A stretch of 63,264 nt of DNA, counting the filler, from Choristocarpus tenellus KU-1152 (taxonomy: Eukaryota; Protista; Phaeophyceae): the NCBI GenBank assembly GCA_964200185.2. It is 6 parts of 6 records of this genome, joined end to end, with 100 filler letters (N's around TTAATTAATTAA, not from the genome) between each part and the next. Parts side by side here need not be neighbours in the genome. Positions count along the whole stretch, not along the records: positions 58,944 to 63,264 come from CAXNAD020015128.1; 5 more parts are not named here. One strand, written 5' to 3'. The notes below the pieces were generated by a model. The model was given only the letters and a program-made list of their open reading frames with translations, did not search any database and was not told where the DNA came from. Below, piece by piece: positions 62,646-63,264 of this stretch (position 1 is the stretch's first letter; every line of letters starts with the position of its first letter). A program made the translations under genes and the position numbers.

Positions 62646-63264
62646 GTTCGTGAGAAGCTTTCAAGGACAAGAACTGTAGGGTATGATATTCAGAGAGCCA
62701 GTGTATTAAATAACCACATAAAAATTTAACAATTTATGTTCTATATTCGAAGTTCAACATCTTGTTCATTTTGGGGGGGGTTTTTCACCTACCCACGCAG
62801 ATTAGATATGATGTCCACTACTATTGGGCAAATGGTTGTGGGCTTACCCTAACCCTAAGGAATGTTGAAACGGACTATGACTATGGAGTTGGTCATGGTC
62901 AAACTCAGTTTGACATGGGAGGTTAGGTTAGTAGTATTAGTCATGTTGAAAAGTGACAAGTATGGACTCCTCCTTGTTTCACACCGTTTATCAATGACAG
63001 CTATGGACTAGATTACGAGGAGACATGTTATCTATCGCCAAGCATGTAATATTTTTGATACTCAGGTTTCGTCATAGCCACTTGTATCTTGTATATTATA
63101 CTACTACTCCAGTTACCACACCAGAAAAAGAAATGGTTCCGTCCCCAGCTAGACTGGTACCACGATTATCGAACATGTTCTAGTCCATGTCCACCAGGTA
63201 TTAACAGCCGATCACCAAAATTGAGGATGGAGCATAGTATGGAGGATGAGTTTGACCCAAAACG

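Noticed and set aside
1-63264. A functional gene cluster or novel multi-gene system across the window; tRNA/rRNA genes
   Set aside because: The genes are unrelated housekeeping loci on separate contigs, and I recognised no structured RNA gene by eye.

Overview
Intron-rich eukaryotic nuclear DNA. By inference it is an ochrophyte, probably a brown alga: GT/GC-AG introns, algal-type RTE LINE remnants, TTAGGG-like interstitial motifs and (CA)n/(AAT)n tracts. The window is not one locus. It is six contigs joined by five artificial 100-bp spacers (N44-TTAATTAATTAA-N44). Splicing exons by eye gives eight genes. Contig 1: the 3' 18 exons of kinetochore Rod/KNTC1 (+) and the 5' half of a MAGE/NSE3 SMC5/6 subunit (+). 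Contig 3: the 5' half of VPS26 (-), head-to-head with a coiled-coil protein (+). Contig 4: a small hypothetical gene (-), head-to-head with a PB1-domain protein carrying an unassigned C-terminal domain (+). Contig 5: two exons of NDUFV1 (-). Contig 6: the 5' part of a TKL-like kinase (-). Contig 2 holds a 1.6-kb TIR element flanked by TA with a decayed transposase-like ORF. The strongest non-annotated signals are (i) heavy CpG depletion in gene bodies and repeats, with CpG-rich islands at gene 5' ends, a DNA-methylation footprint; (ii) several MITE families sharing GRGTCAAAGTA...CYC ends, one with a 4-bp TSD (Sola2-like); and (iii) a decayed spliced gene nested in an intron. I found no prokaryote-type system (CRISPR, operon, defence island). 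All homology calls come from remembered motifs, not database searches.
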